A DNA stretch of 64,000 bases from Trichoplax adhaerens (Eukaryota > Animalia > Placozoa). Positions 15,034 through 28,839 of this stretch are shown here, one piece after another; positions within the stretch are counted from its first letter, which is position 1, and each line of letters starts with the position of its first letter. The DNA lies in assembly GCF_000150275.1 (NCBI RefSeq), contig NW_002060944.1:2952152-3016151 (forward strand), in the 5' to 3' direction. The position numbers were made by a program, and so were the translations under genes. The notes below the pieces were generated by a model, which saw only the letters and a program-made list of their open reading frames with translations, did no database searches and was not told the DNA's origin.

Positions 15034-18000
15034 ATGGTATACGACTCTCGCTTAGAATTTGCTGTTAAATTGGGCGGTGGAATTTTGGTTTCTTACTTGG
15101 CATATAAATTATTATTACGCCACCGTAGGCATGATCCTTTTTGTGATCAATTTCTCGCAAGTTACGATTACATTATTATAGGGGGCGGAACAGCCGGTTG
15201 TATACTTGCTAATCGATTGACTGAAGATCCTAATGTAACCGTTTTATTACTGGAAGCTGGAGGAAAATATGATCACTTTCTAGCGAAAGTGCCTGCTGCA
15301 TCCCCTCTTCTGCAAGCAGATTCTGCAATTAATTGGTGCTACAAGGTATACGAATATATCACCTATTTATCCACAGACTAAGTAAAAGTTATAGCGTAGC
15401 GTTCATTACCAAAATAGTTACTCTAGTCGCAGATATTTCTTGTACACAAAACGTATGTGTAAACAGTGTTACAAACATTTTTCATAACAGCTACGATATT
15501 TAACGTTACTAACTGCTAGTATATAGGATATAAAAATCATTTCGGTTCTAATATTAGACCAATAATTATTGATTAATCATCTCATTATCTATTTAGTCAT
15601 TGCCCCAGCAAAATTCATGTCTAGCTTGTACCGATAATATGCTTTTATGGCCTCGAGGAAAGGTAATTTATAGGCAATCCCGATTACGAGCATTCTTATT
15701 TCAAACTTACAAACCAAGCTTTTCAATTCCTTTAAACAGATTTTGGGAGGAAGTAGTTCAATTAATTCCTTAATTTATATGAGAGGCTGCAAGGCAGATT
15801 ATGATCTGTGGCAGCAGATAGGTAGAGTTTAAATTAAATTATTAAAGTGACATGGTTTGTTATATCTGCTATATTATCACTTTAAATTTAATCTTAAAAT
15901 TTTCCTCTTCGAGTTGTAACTTTTGAGTCAATGGCGATGTTGGCATTCTAAATTCTGCCAAATATTAACATAAATTACTTGTTGCAGGTGCTGAAGGATG
16001 GAGTTACGACGATGTCCTACCATATTTTAAGAAATTTGAAAATAACACAAGGTATTTAACTTAGCTCTGAAACTACTTAAAACCGATGATTACAATATGA
16101 AGAAGGGGTTAAATTGAAATTTTGTTACTGTAATATGTAACCTAAGACCTGAATTTCAAAACGATTCACAACACGGGATTGGAGGGCCAATTACAATCAG
16201 TGATCCTGATATTACTGCACCTTATACAGAGGCATTTATTAAAGCAGGTATGTATATTACTTAGTTAGTATTTTTATATCGAATACATGCTATGGTATTC
16301 CATGGAATGATCTTGAAATATCATTCTTCTGAGATTATACTATCTTGCCGATAATCCACGATAGGTGAAGAAGCAGGATTTCCTAGGTGTGATATCAATG
16401 GCGGTATCAAGGTTTGATAAACAATTTATATCAAGCTTTAGCTATTGGATAGGGACTTCATTTATCAAAATGACGATGGTTTAGTGACTGCTTTACTTAT
16501 AGTCTTGTCTTATCTTACTTCGTATTTTTTATTTTTAATAACAAAATATAATATAGACTGGATTTGATTATGGTCAAGTATTTGTTGGCAATGGAGTAAG
16601 ACAAAGCACTGCTGAATCTTATTTGACTCAGGACGTAATGAACAGAAAAAATCTCCACATCGGTGTATTTTGTCACGTCAGCAAGGTGATTAATATCTGA
16701 ACTAGTTTAGATTGCATAAATGCAATAGTACATGACATCGCATTGCTATGGCATCGAAACGATAGCAATATTTATCTGTAGCCTTATCTAAAGCCTACCA
16801 AGGTCATTATCCTCAGAGTAAAATATTAGCAGTAAAGGTTTACTGATTCGAAAATACAAATTTCGAAATGAATACTTCTAAATCTTACAAACTATGCTCA
16901 TGTTAAAATTTTAATAATCGGAATAAATTTTATATTAACTTCAAAAGGTGATTTTCAATGAGAAGCGAGCTGCTGGAGTTCAATTTATTAAACAGTAAAA
17001 TCATAATAATTTAGCATTTTTGCTATCACATACAAACAATTACATGGCGTTCGTTAACGATACGTTAAATATAACATTTTTGCATCTCTTATTTTCAATA
17101 ATTGGTTTTCTAGAGGAAAAACGCTTACGATTTACTGCAATGAAGAAGTTTTAGTCTGTGGAGGGACAGTTGGATCACCACAAACATTACTTCTTTCTGG
17201 TGTCGGCCCGAAAGAGGACTTAGAGAAATTAAATGTAAGTTTATAGACTGAGTGAAAATCCCTAAATTTGTATATGCTATAGTGCAATCAGTATACTAAT
17301 GATAAAGCTATTTTGCCATTCTAATCAGCGTTAAGGAATATCACAATGAATTATTCTAAAATTCTGAATTCTGTTAACTTATCTTCTGTTATTGTATGCC
17401 CTTTCATTGCTTATAGATATTTTATCCTTGTCATATTACTTCCATATTGATTACTTACGTACTATTACAAAAATTGTAATGAAATAATGGTATCTACAGA
17501 CTAGTTACATCTCATTCTACAATTATTTATCTGCAGATTCCTGTCATTTCTGATCTACCAGTTGGACGTAATCTACAGGTAGTACTCTACATTCATGCAG
17601 TAAACCAATTCGTAATCGATGCTGTATAAAATAATGTGGTTTGGTTATTCCAGAATCATTGTGGATTAATGATCTCGGCAATATTAAATGATGAATTTCG
17701 AAGCTATAGTTACACAGAAGCATCAATTTCTATCATGAGTGTGCTAAAGTACCTCATTTCTAAAAAGGTAGACCAGTAGCTTACCACAGAAAATAATGAA
17801 GGAGTGCAAAATTTTGTTCTTGGCTTAGTTTGTAACTTTAACTATTGACACTCGTGAATTAATCTATTTGAAAGGGGAAATTAGCTTCTCCAGGTTACGA
17901 AGCATCAGGGTTAATTACCGTTGGTGAAGAATCGGTACACCAAAGTCGATTCTTTCTTAGTTGAATTCTCACTAAAGCTATATTTTGTTAATAACTTATA

Positions 18001-19382
18001 CTAATAACGGTGTTCTTTGTACAGAGTGAATCGTCAGGTGCTGATGTTCTTATCCATCTTGAATCCTTTGGAGCAGATCAACCAGTGATTTATAAAACTT
18101 TTTCTATTGATAAAAAAAGGTATGAACTTTTGAAATGTAATCGGAAGACCTTTTTCCAACTATCGTAAATTTATTTATTGAAACATTAGAATTTCAAGGC
18201 ACAGACCAAAGGGATACATATAATTAGTTTATGACTTGTGTTTGTTTTAGATTTCCATCTTTATATGCGGATGAGGCAGCAAATTCTGATAATTGCGGTT
18301 AGCCATTTGCAATTGTAAATTTAGAAGAGATAATTACTAAAATATAATGCAAAATATGCTGTTTGCAAAAATCTATTGTATATTAATTTTTTACTTCGAC
18401 AGGGTTTTTCTTGGTTCCGATTCTATGTCGTCCTCTTAGCATAGGATGGATCAAGTTGAAATCGACAAATCCACTAGATCACCCTGAAATACAACCAAAT
18501 TATTTTCAGCACCCTCAAGATATACGAAATCTGGCGAAGGTAATGTGTTGGTTAATAGACTTTATTTTGGTAACTCAGTAATTAACATATTGTATGTAAA
18601 GTTAAAGTAAATCGAATGCCTGTTTAGTTTTATTCGTTACAGCTCCGATCATAATACATTCGTACTATATGGGACAGTAATGCAATCTGAATTTAGTCAT
18701 GATGTATTATAGGAAATCTGACAGAATTAAATTTGATAATTTAGAGATTTTATTTTTCAACTATTTTTACTACAGGGGGCTCAGTTTTGTCATAACTTAT
18801 TACAAAGTAAACACTTCAAGCCCTATGTTAAAGGAATACGTCGCTATAATGTTGATTGCCCTCATACATATAACTCTCTTGAATATTGGGAATACGTCTT
18901 GAAACACTTCGCCTACGATGGATACCATCCTGTAAATTTTGTTTCCTTACAATCTTGCTGTAGAAATTAATTAAAAGAAATCATAAAAGTTCAATCTATT
19001 GTTTTAATTCAAATCTAGGTTGGCACTTGCAAGATGGGAGCTTTGAATGATGATTCTGCAGTGGTAGATCCAAACTTAAGGTATATTCTTGTCGTTCTTT
19101 CTAATGCAACACTGTAGTGCATTCGATTCTATTTTGTAATGATGTACTATCCAATGGTTGCACTAGAAAAGGATAATTTTAAAGATGTAAAATAACAATT
19201 GTAACATATTATTCTGTCTATACTACTTTAACCATTTATTTTATATCAGAATTCGTGGATTGAAAGGAATTCGAGTTATTGATGCATCTATCATGCCCGT
19301 AGTAGTTTCTTGCAACCTTTATGCGCCGGTTGCTATGATTGCTGAAAAAGCTGCTGATCTTATTAAGAAGGACAGGTTTTAG
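15034..19382 (+). CDS. GMC oxidoreductase paralog 2, about 18 exons, with an N-terminal hydrophobic segment
   Basis: [67 protein letters not shown] and [33 protein letters not shown] at 19380-19382. Confidence 0.95.
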
Positions 19383-22300
19383 CAATTTCTTGAATAAAAG
19401 AGATGGTAATAGCTACGAAAGGGGGCAGCTAAGTGTCGCTATTACTAAGCTATAACATAGATTAAAATCTAATCTGGTTGGTAATTTGTTTTTCGGTAAC
19501 CTTAGGCCTTAAAATTAATGTTTTAGCAAGAGTGATTGTGTATGTGATCATTATGGGATGCTTTTGGATGGTGATATTTGCAGAAAATTTATTAACATTT
19601 TTTCTTTTGGCAATCTTAACAATTTCCTAACAGATGTTTACCTTATGATTACAAGTGGTATATACTGCTATTGCAAATTGATAATGATTTAACTTCCATA
19701 GCGTATAATTATAAAATAGTTTATTACTGCACTTGCGTCATGCATATTAAGGAACTAACTCCTTATTGGTAGCTAAAATCATTGCACACACCAACCTAAT
19801 TGAAACTCTAAAATTAAAGAAGTGTTTCCATGTGTTGTGTTTCCAATAGTTTATCAAAAGCTGTTAATAAAGTGGTACTAGAAAAACTATTTCACATGAA
19901 ATTTTAATCAAAACCTACAGCAATATCGAGTATGCACAGAAGGCTCTGAAACTACTTTAATTGTTTTAAAGACAAGGTATTCTAGTATATACCATATTGC
20001 GAGATAGTCAACTTTAGAAGCTATAAAATAAATAGATTACACAGTACTCGTATAAAGGAAAGTTTTCTTAATATTCAGTTCAATGAGTATAGATTAAAAT
20101 TTATTTCATTTTGTAGCAAAATAGAAACTTGAGTAAGTAATTTAATAAATTCAGGAAAAATACGCTTTGTATTCTATAATTGGGTTTATCAGGACCATAT
20201 GTTGTTCATATGAAATGCTAAATCTAATAAACTGCAGTTATATATACAAACAAAGAACATACACGAACCCAAGCTATACGAAATATCTTTAAAAGTCTAC
20301 TATTAGCGCGCTTGCTGAATATTCGACTTATAACCGTAATAAAAAATCTTAAAAATCTCTCGAACCAGTTGAAGAATAGGTTTAGGATTAACAATACACA
20401 CGTTAATTTGGGCAGAGTCTAACTTACGATATTAGTAGCACTAAGGGTCTACCAGAAGTTTCAAAGACTCTTTCGGCATTTAATGAAATTAACATTATTC
20501 GACCACAATTAAAAATCAGGAGTATTACTAATAAAAATTGAGCTGAATTTGATTTTGTATTAAGTAATATTGAAAATTTCGCGTACACCGAAAATGGCTA
20601 TTTATACGGTACTAGAAGCCTATTTTAATTTGCTAAGCGTGCATATAAATTAGATCTTTATTTGAAACCCTATCCGAACCAGAGGCATATATTAAATCTG
20701 ATCTGAATATAACTAAAAATTGTTTTACTCAAAGGATCGTCTGAAACGTTAGGCTTAGAATTTACTGATAAATTTATTTTCTCCCGAGCTTCAGATACGG
20801 TAGTGACTTACGGTATGTCAAAATTTACAACCAGCTCGTATTAAAAATCTGCTTAAGAACTTTAGGAAATTTTAGCATCATTTATAGTAAATTGCCATAT
20901 CTTTGGTATTACCTATCCAATGCATATTTTGGTTTTTATCCAACGAATTATTTATTGATAACTTCTGTCATTCATAAGAAACGGTAATGAATAGAAAAAA
21001 TTTGCTTTAAAGGCTATTGTTATTAATAGCCAGGAATACATGAGATATAAGGCAATTAATTAAATTAGTCTTAAGTAGTAACTAGCTATGCCACCCTTCT
21101 ACGAACCAAGCGTTCATCCCCTTAAGTTTTGTAGCATAATTCTATATTAATCAATGTTTAATTTAAGTATTATTATCTGGTACATTTTATTTGACAAAGT
21201 TTGGCAGAGTAGAAAATGTTTATATTGAAGAAAACATAAGAAATTGTCAATAGCTTTTGAAAAATGTAACGGAGTATAAAGGATTCGGTTATATTTTTAA
21301 AAGCATAGACAAGCTGCTATAACAGTGCTGCAATTATCGAAACTACAGAAACTATTCTCAATAGTGATGATATATAGTTGGGTTGAATTAGTTTTAAATA
21401 ATAATTAATTAATAATGGTTATCCGTAGTGCTTCTCTGCCTCAGTTACTTATGGACCAACTCCCAGATTACTATGTCTGCATATTTCTATAACGCGAATC
21501 TGAGAATGATAACAATGATATCACAACCATTTATTCTTCCTTGACTGTTAATAAAATTAAGACTTAAAAGCATCAGATTATTGAAAGTAAATATATGACA
21601 CAAGCAGATATACTGCCAGCATATATGCACCTTACGCACAGTAGTGTAATCATTTATTAATAATTTTTATAATTTATAATTAATTTGATAGGTATTGTGG
21701 CGAATGATCCTTTTTCGAAAATCTAATTACCGTTATTAAATTACAAATTTGTAATGATAATATTTCATTCACCGACAAATTGAATTCGATATTGAATTAT
21801 TTCTAAAGAGTGAAGATTCGACAAATTATGGGTGCGTTATGCCAAATAGAAGAAAAACAATTTGTTTTCAACCGTCGCAAATTTTAAGCTATGAGTATGA
21901 TATAGGCGTAAATGCACGTATGTACAGAGTAGGTGGAACAAATTTTCTACCGAAAGAAATAAAAATTGCTACGGTATCATACCTGGCACTGGTTATCAAA
22001 TCAAAGTCTGTATATTGTCATATGTCATATATATCCCTTCAAGACTAATCGTCATCTAGTTTTCGAATTGCAATTTTTTTAAATTAAAATTTAAGCCCTG
22101 AGATCTTATAATTCTGTACCATTCAATTAGCTCACAAACCTGCGTATAAAAAATTCAATTGTGTGCAATATTCGAAAAAAAGTACCGTAGTAAAGAATAA
22201 ATTGTGATACTGGTCGTTGTGTTAGAAACCAATTGAAAGATAGTGCTTTAAATTCATTACGGGTAGTGCAAAGCTGTTAAAATTACCATATTGTTTCATA

Positions 22301-24778
22301 ATTTAGAATTTAGAATTTAAATATTTGGTATTGAAGGTTCAAACTCAATTACTGAGTATATAATTATCGAAATGGCTTCTGCATTGTATTAGATAGCGAG
22401 TTAAGATTTAAATATAAGTAAAAATCCAATTTCGTCAAAAGTAGCAGTAATAAAATTCTTTTTCCATCAAATGATTCAAAAATGATCTGACACAAACTAT
22501 ATACTGAGAAATAGCACTTACAGACTCTTTCATTACTACATCGTAGTATTCTCTAGTAACTAGCAGCATAGCTACTATCCTATATCAAATCAAAATTTAT
22601 CGTAGACAAAGTACGATATGGTACTAATGTTTAGGGTTATTTCGATACTTCACGTTCATGTTATTTGCCTACTCTAGCCGATATTTGATGTAATAATAAT
22701 ATAAATCAAAATCCTGTCAGGATAGGGTGCGACTTATGGAGTTCTTAGGCGACTTTTGCACTAATTTTATGATTGTAAGGTCGAATAAATTACATAAAAA
22801 GTGTTAAAGTAATCCAATTATTGGTATTGGCATACTAACCACTAATTAAATGATTAAAGGCAGATTAGGCGACATATTTTGTTTATGTTGCCTCATATTC
22901 TTGATGTTTGTAGTAATATCCGATAAATCTTTCATATAATTTAATTACCATCCACTTACCAATTTACTTCTAATCTTTAGCACTTCACAAAACTGGCTGT
23001 TTACTTTAAAGGATAAGCAAATATTAAATTATAGAACAAAATATTGATATCCAAGTTTTTTAAAAGCACTTTGAGTTTGTTAGTGGAGTCTCAAAGGGAG
23101 TTAACGATAACTTCTCTTTTACATTCTCTATTCTTACATTGTTATATTATTCCTCACATAAGCCTTACTTACATGTAGAAGGAAGGTTCTGAAATTTAGA
23201 TACTCAAGAACTTTATTGATTACTTGTAATTGTCTTCTTTGCACCTCATTTAAAGTGTTTTAAAAATAATATGCATATTTGAGTGGTGCCAATCATTATG
23301 CATATGCCGTAAAGCTTGAAATGTAAGAAATACGGACGATAATACGTTTACTTTGGTCATCGTTAGCCTTTAAAACAGTAGTAATAGCCTATTCCATAGA
23401 TTTATAGAAATCATTAATATCTGCATAGCTTTATCCAGCCTTAATTTATTAGCATAAGGGCATAGAAGAGTAGCTTGCACGTTGTATTACTATTAGCCAT
23501 AGGCTTACAATATTTTAACAATATTTTAGCCACTATAGAATAAAGTTGTATGATTTTGAGCTCGATTGTAAACAGGTGTTAAATTATGCCGTATGACTGC
23601 TATTGGTCATTTATTAATTGAGATCAGACGTTTTAATTTTGGAACAACTCCTTCAAGCTATGCACATTATATTGATCACAGCATGATATTTTAATTTAAT
23701 AAAAATTATAGGTTGATAAGTTTGTTTGTAATTTATCTTTTCTCTCTGTAATTGTTTAAAGAAAGTATAAATTAGCGTGTTTGAGATAAAATCATTGGAT
23801 TTACCCTTACTTTGGTTAATTCTTCATTCACCTTTCCTAAGGTACTGTAAAAAATTCTTTGATTTAAATATGTTATATTCTGTTTAAGTTCTACAGAGTC
23901 CTTTAAGCATTAGAGATTTGGTTCAATTCTAACTAAGCTATAAATTTAGACAGTCTACAACGAGGGTTTAAAAGGCCAAACTTAAAATTCTGATAAATTG
24001 TTTATAAATCTTTAATATAGCATAATACCAACATACTGACCTACATCATACTTCAGGTCATGAATTAGATCAATTTATCCATTTACTGTACAGGTCAGAT
24101 ATAGCAGCAAATTAATCTTCTATAAGTAGTCCATGTAATATATAAAAGTTGTTCAATTAGAATTATAATCAGAGATTAGCGTATACGCGTATTAAAGAAC
24201 AAAATCATTGACTGGCTTCTCAGCTTACTTCGTTGTCGTATCTACTTATAAAAGTAGGATAACTATATTTGCAATTGAATACTACAATATGCTGCTTCGT
24301 AGACGTGAATGAAGTATCTAATAAGTTAGCACTTAAAGAAGGTGTTACTCTTGAGTGTGCAATATAAATTGTAATTTATTGCAAAATTTTAAAGTCCGCT
24401 TAGGTTGCTTTTTATCAGTTTTTATGCAAAAATGCCATAGTATGAGCATAATGGTACTGTATAAAGCTTTATGGTTAGGATCTATAAATATAAGAAAAGT
24501 ATTGCCGGTTTTCACTTGTAGTTAATAACAGTTAAAAACTCTATAAGTGCAGCAATATGTATTCTTATATTCTTTTTTACCTTATAACTATAACGCTTTT
24601 TAGTTTGGAAAATTATGCTTAGAACTACTTTATATATACATTCGATGAGAGTGACAAATACCCTGATGAAATGATCTAGTGTTACATTGTCGTGAAACAG
24701 CTCAATTTTAATGAATTATCTTTTTTCTATTACCTAAAAAATATTCGTAGTTTTGCTGCCTTTTAAGACCTTAAAATC

Positions 24779-27700
24779 ATGTCTGCTCCATCTCCGATAA
24801 CCCAGTATAAAGATCAAGATTATAATGCGCTCAAGGCACAGTGCTTAGAAAGTGGGAAATTATTCGAAGATCCAACATTTCCTGCTAATGATTCCTCGTT
24901 ATATTACGATAAACGTGAAAGTCACGGAATTGTTTGGCTGCGGCCTAAAGTACGTAAAGAGACAAGTAAAATCTAATATATAATTTACTCGCTCGGTGTC
25001 AGTGAAACGATTTAGAAAATTGGTTTCAGAACCTACTTGGCTGCTAAGCCTTTTTAATCAAATAGAGCTCATTAAAACTATATGTACGATAATGGACCCG
25101 TTAAATTCTTCGATAGTCGTGCTTCTTAATCAGTCCATGTACTAGTAAAAAGGATGAAATCAACCTTATTTTGCATACCTATATTCTTCTGATTAATATA
25201 GAACTTCAATTTGAGAGATAAATGTCACTTAGTATATCTATACGGACTTTTTCCCCGTAGTTCTAGATGTAAATGCTCTTATCTACGCTGTGCAGCTAAA
25301 ATCAATACTGATTTATATGTTATGTACTGCAACTAAGAGTTTCGTTAATTCTAAAAATTAGAAATTATTAGATAAACCGCCTGTTACAGAATAAAATATA
25401 TAATAATACAACGCAATAATAAATATATACATTTTGCAGCTAACAGTAACTTAACATTTGTAAAATTTTTAGTAAATGTGCAATATTTGTAGGCATACTT
25501 AAGACTAAGTAAATTAATGATTTATTCCGCGCCATATATATAATATTTCATAGGCTGCTGCAGTGGGATTTATTCAGTCCATATGTACAGTACAATGTAA
25601 AGAAAGTACTTTCATTTAAAGAAATATCATCAACGTAGCATTGCTTTACATGCCTAGTACTTCAGTAACTGCAGTAACTGCAGGAATTTTAAAATTGGAT
25701 TAAATATGATTATGATTATCGTTCTTGTTTACTATTGCGAGTGTAGTCGTCACATGTAAAGCTACTATACTACAAGCAATTGTAAACTAAATGATCTAGT
25801 CCACGATAATATAATCATATAAGTATTACAGTATCTTGCGTTGATTGAAAAACAATTTTCTAGACTACTCCTATATTGATATTACTATAGGAGATAACTG
25901 ACGATCCAAAACTTTACGTTGATGGTGGAGACCGTCTCGACATGCGTCAAGGTCGGCTAGGTGATTGCTGGTTTGTTGCGTCGTTGTCGTCTTTGGCTAC
26001 CGAAAAGAATTTGCTATACCGTGTTATACCGAATGATCAGACCTTTGATAAGGATTATGCAGGCATTTTGCATGTTCGATTTTGGCGTATGGGTCAGTGG
26101 GCTGATATAGTTATTGATGATCGCCTTCCATGTTTTGAGAAATCGAAAAGGCCATGTTACGTTCATCCAAGTGATAAACATGAATTTTGGGGTTGTTTCA
26201 TCGAGAAAGCTTATGCAAAGTAAGTTAGACTTAAAATGTAGGATTCATCAAAGATATACTATTATATATGTACATTATGTATATCTTTAGCAGTTATTTA
26301 GATTCCTATTCCGTTATCACACTTATTAGTGGTATTTCATACGCATGTTTGTATTCACGATACCATTTAAGAGTAAGCCGTCGTTTGCTTCGGCACTGAC
26401 TGGTACTTTACAACGTAGATTAGTACGAAATGTTAGATGGCGTCTGATTCATATAATCGGTTTTGATTGATTGCAATGAAGTTTCTTTTCTATTGTGCTA
26501 CCTTGATATTTCAATATATAAATCCGATATTGTGGTAATTCACGTAGATAGTACTGGCAATAATACAGTATATTAGTTTATGAATCATAATGGTACCTAT
26601 AATGTATTATAACTACAAGGCAATATTGTCTATAAGCTGGAGTTGTAAAAATTTTGACTTGATGAGTTTAAGTTAGAAAAATAGATGACTTCTAATTGTT
26701 TTGTGGCCTCTCTAGAGCTCGAAATCATTCTTGTTTTCTATCTACGACATCTTGTATTGTACTACATGTAAACTTTAAGTGTAAACAAATTTTTTGGCGA
26801 TATAAAGAGTAGTCTACCACTACAACTAAAAATAAGTGAATAATTGCTGATTTGCTGTGCATTGAATTTATAGGGTTAATAATAGTTATGAAGCTTTAGT
26901 AGGAGGCGTCAACTGGGAAGCTCTAGAAACTTTCACTGGCGGAATTCATGAAGACTATCACATGCCCAGTATGCCCGCAGATGGATTTCAACGGATTTTT
27001 AACGCACTGGCTCGTCATTCTTTATTAGGATGCTTCGGGGTAACTCAGCTAAGTTTTATTTGACTACAATCGACTATACGTCAAATGAGATTTGCGTATA
27101 ATAAATTAAATTTTCTGGTCGATGATCTTGCAATGCGGCTGTTGCAAATGATTTCACTTTAATAAATACGTATACCGTACGTAAGCAGTAGCTACTAGAA
27201 TGAAAATATCGTATGAGCCGAGATTTATCTGTTATGCGTACAGTATATGCAGGTACTTCATTCTTCTATCCATCCTTTTCAGGTTCATCATGAAAAAGGA
27301 GTCAAGGGGCATGTACTACCTAATGGACTGGTTTGGGGCCATGCCTATAGCGTCGACAAGGCTGCGAAAGTATGTACACTGTACAGTCACGGTCTTTTTT
27401 AGTAATCCATGATACAGTATATAGCAAGTTTTAAATCAATTCGAAGAAGTTTCCCCGTGGCTTGAATTTAAATTATAATATTTAGTATTTTATTAACTCA
27501 CTTGCATACATAATACTGTCAGTACCGTATTCTACAAATTTACGGGCGATATTTTATGTGATATTAACACAAGACGTACGCATAAACGGTGTATATATAC
27601 GGTAATAGGTCAAGATCGAAGGCAATGATGAGGAAGTACCTTTAGTAAGGATTCGAAATCCTTGGGGTTGTGGAGAATGGAAAGGAGCATGGAGCGATGG

Positions 27701-28839
27701 GTAAGAAACAAATAAAATACTACTACACGTGTATGCAACTAGTGAACGTAATGTTATCCGACCATCTGCGATGGAATCTGTTGCTGTAATTTCTAAACTC
27801 TTTATAAAGTATCGTGTACAACATAAAATGTATAGTGAAATTGATAAAACATTCGAACGTGTGTTAATGAATTGATAGTTCAGCTGAGTGGGATACCGTT
27901 AGCGAAGAGACGAAAAAAGCTATAGGAATGGCCGTCGCCAATAATGGTGAATTTTGGTAAGTATAGCGGATGGATATTTCTGGTTGGTGAGATAGCCGTT
28001 AAAGTGATTGTTATAATTTTTATATTTCGTTTAGTAAGTATTAAGCAGTGTATGTGATCATGTGCATTATGAGGATAGAGTGGTACCTCCTTGAAATAAC
28101 TTTTTGATATTTATAGGATGTCGTACGAAGATTTCATCTCCAATTATGTAACTTTAGAGATCTGTATGCTAAAGCCCGATATTGAATATAAGGATGGAAA
28201 CAAAATGAAATGGAATTTTGTAGAAGTGGCAGGTGAGTGGAAAAAGGGCGTCAATGCCGGTGGTTGCTGGAATTTTCGCAAGACATATCACACTAATCCA
28301 CAAATACGCTTTGAGATTCCAGTAAGTAAACATCAGAACTGATTTTATCGATCAATTTTCAATAGTTCAATGATTATATGTACTAATCGTACTAATTATA
28401 GGCGTTATTATTATTAATATTAATACTTTTCAGTTATGTACGGCATCAATAATTTTACTAATTTTTTGTCCTTGTTGATATTTCATTGAAACAATCTAAT
28501 TAGGAGGATGATACCCCAGAAGGAACATCAATATTCATTGCATTAATGCAAATGTTTACACGACCGTTTGCTGGAGAGCATAAGAAAACTCAATCGATAT
28601 GTTTTACTATCTACAGAGTGGAAGGCGATCAAGTTGGTAAAAGGTTAGATGAAAACTACCTTCTGCATCATCGATTCAATGCCAGGTGTAAAGCTTTCGG
28701 TAGATCTGCGGAGATTTCGAACCGATTTACTTTCAAGAAAGGGCATTATGTCGTTATTCCAGTAACCTACAAACCTGATGAAGAGACTAAGTTTTGCTTA
28801 CGAATTTTTACAGAAAAACCTATCAATGTTACAAAGTAA
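24779..28839 (+). CDS. Calpain (CysPc catalytic domain plus domain III/CBSW), about 490 aa, 8 coding exons
   Basis: FEDPTFPA, catalytic Cys in QGRLGDCWF, His in [10 protein letters not shown], Asn in [17 protein letters not shown], domain III in GEW..NAGGC..NPQ and [18 protein letters not shown]. An acceptor just before the ATG (about 24750) implies an upstream UTR exon. Confidence 0.93.

Noticed and set aside
19400-24700. Long gene-free tract (also 6500-9500 and 12320-15000) scanned for tRNA/snRNA genes and transposon ORFs
   Set aside because: No recognisable RNA gene, TIR pair or coding remnant by eye. A covariance-model search (Infernal/tRNAscan-SE) would be needed to exclude them.
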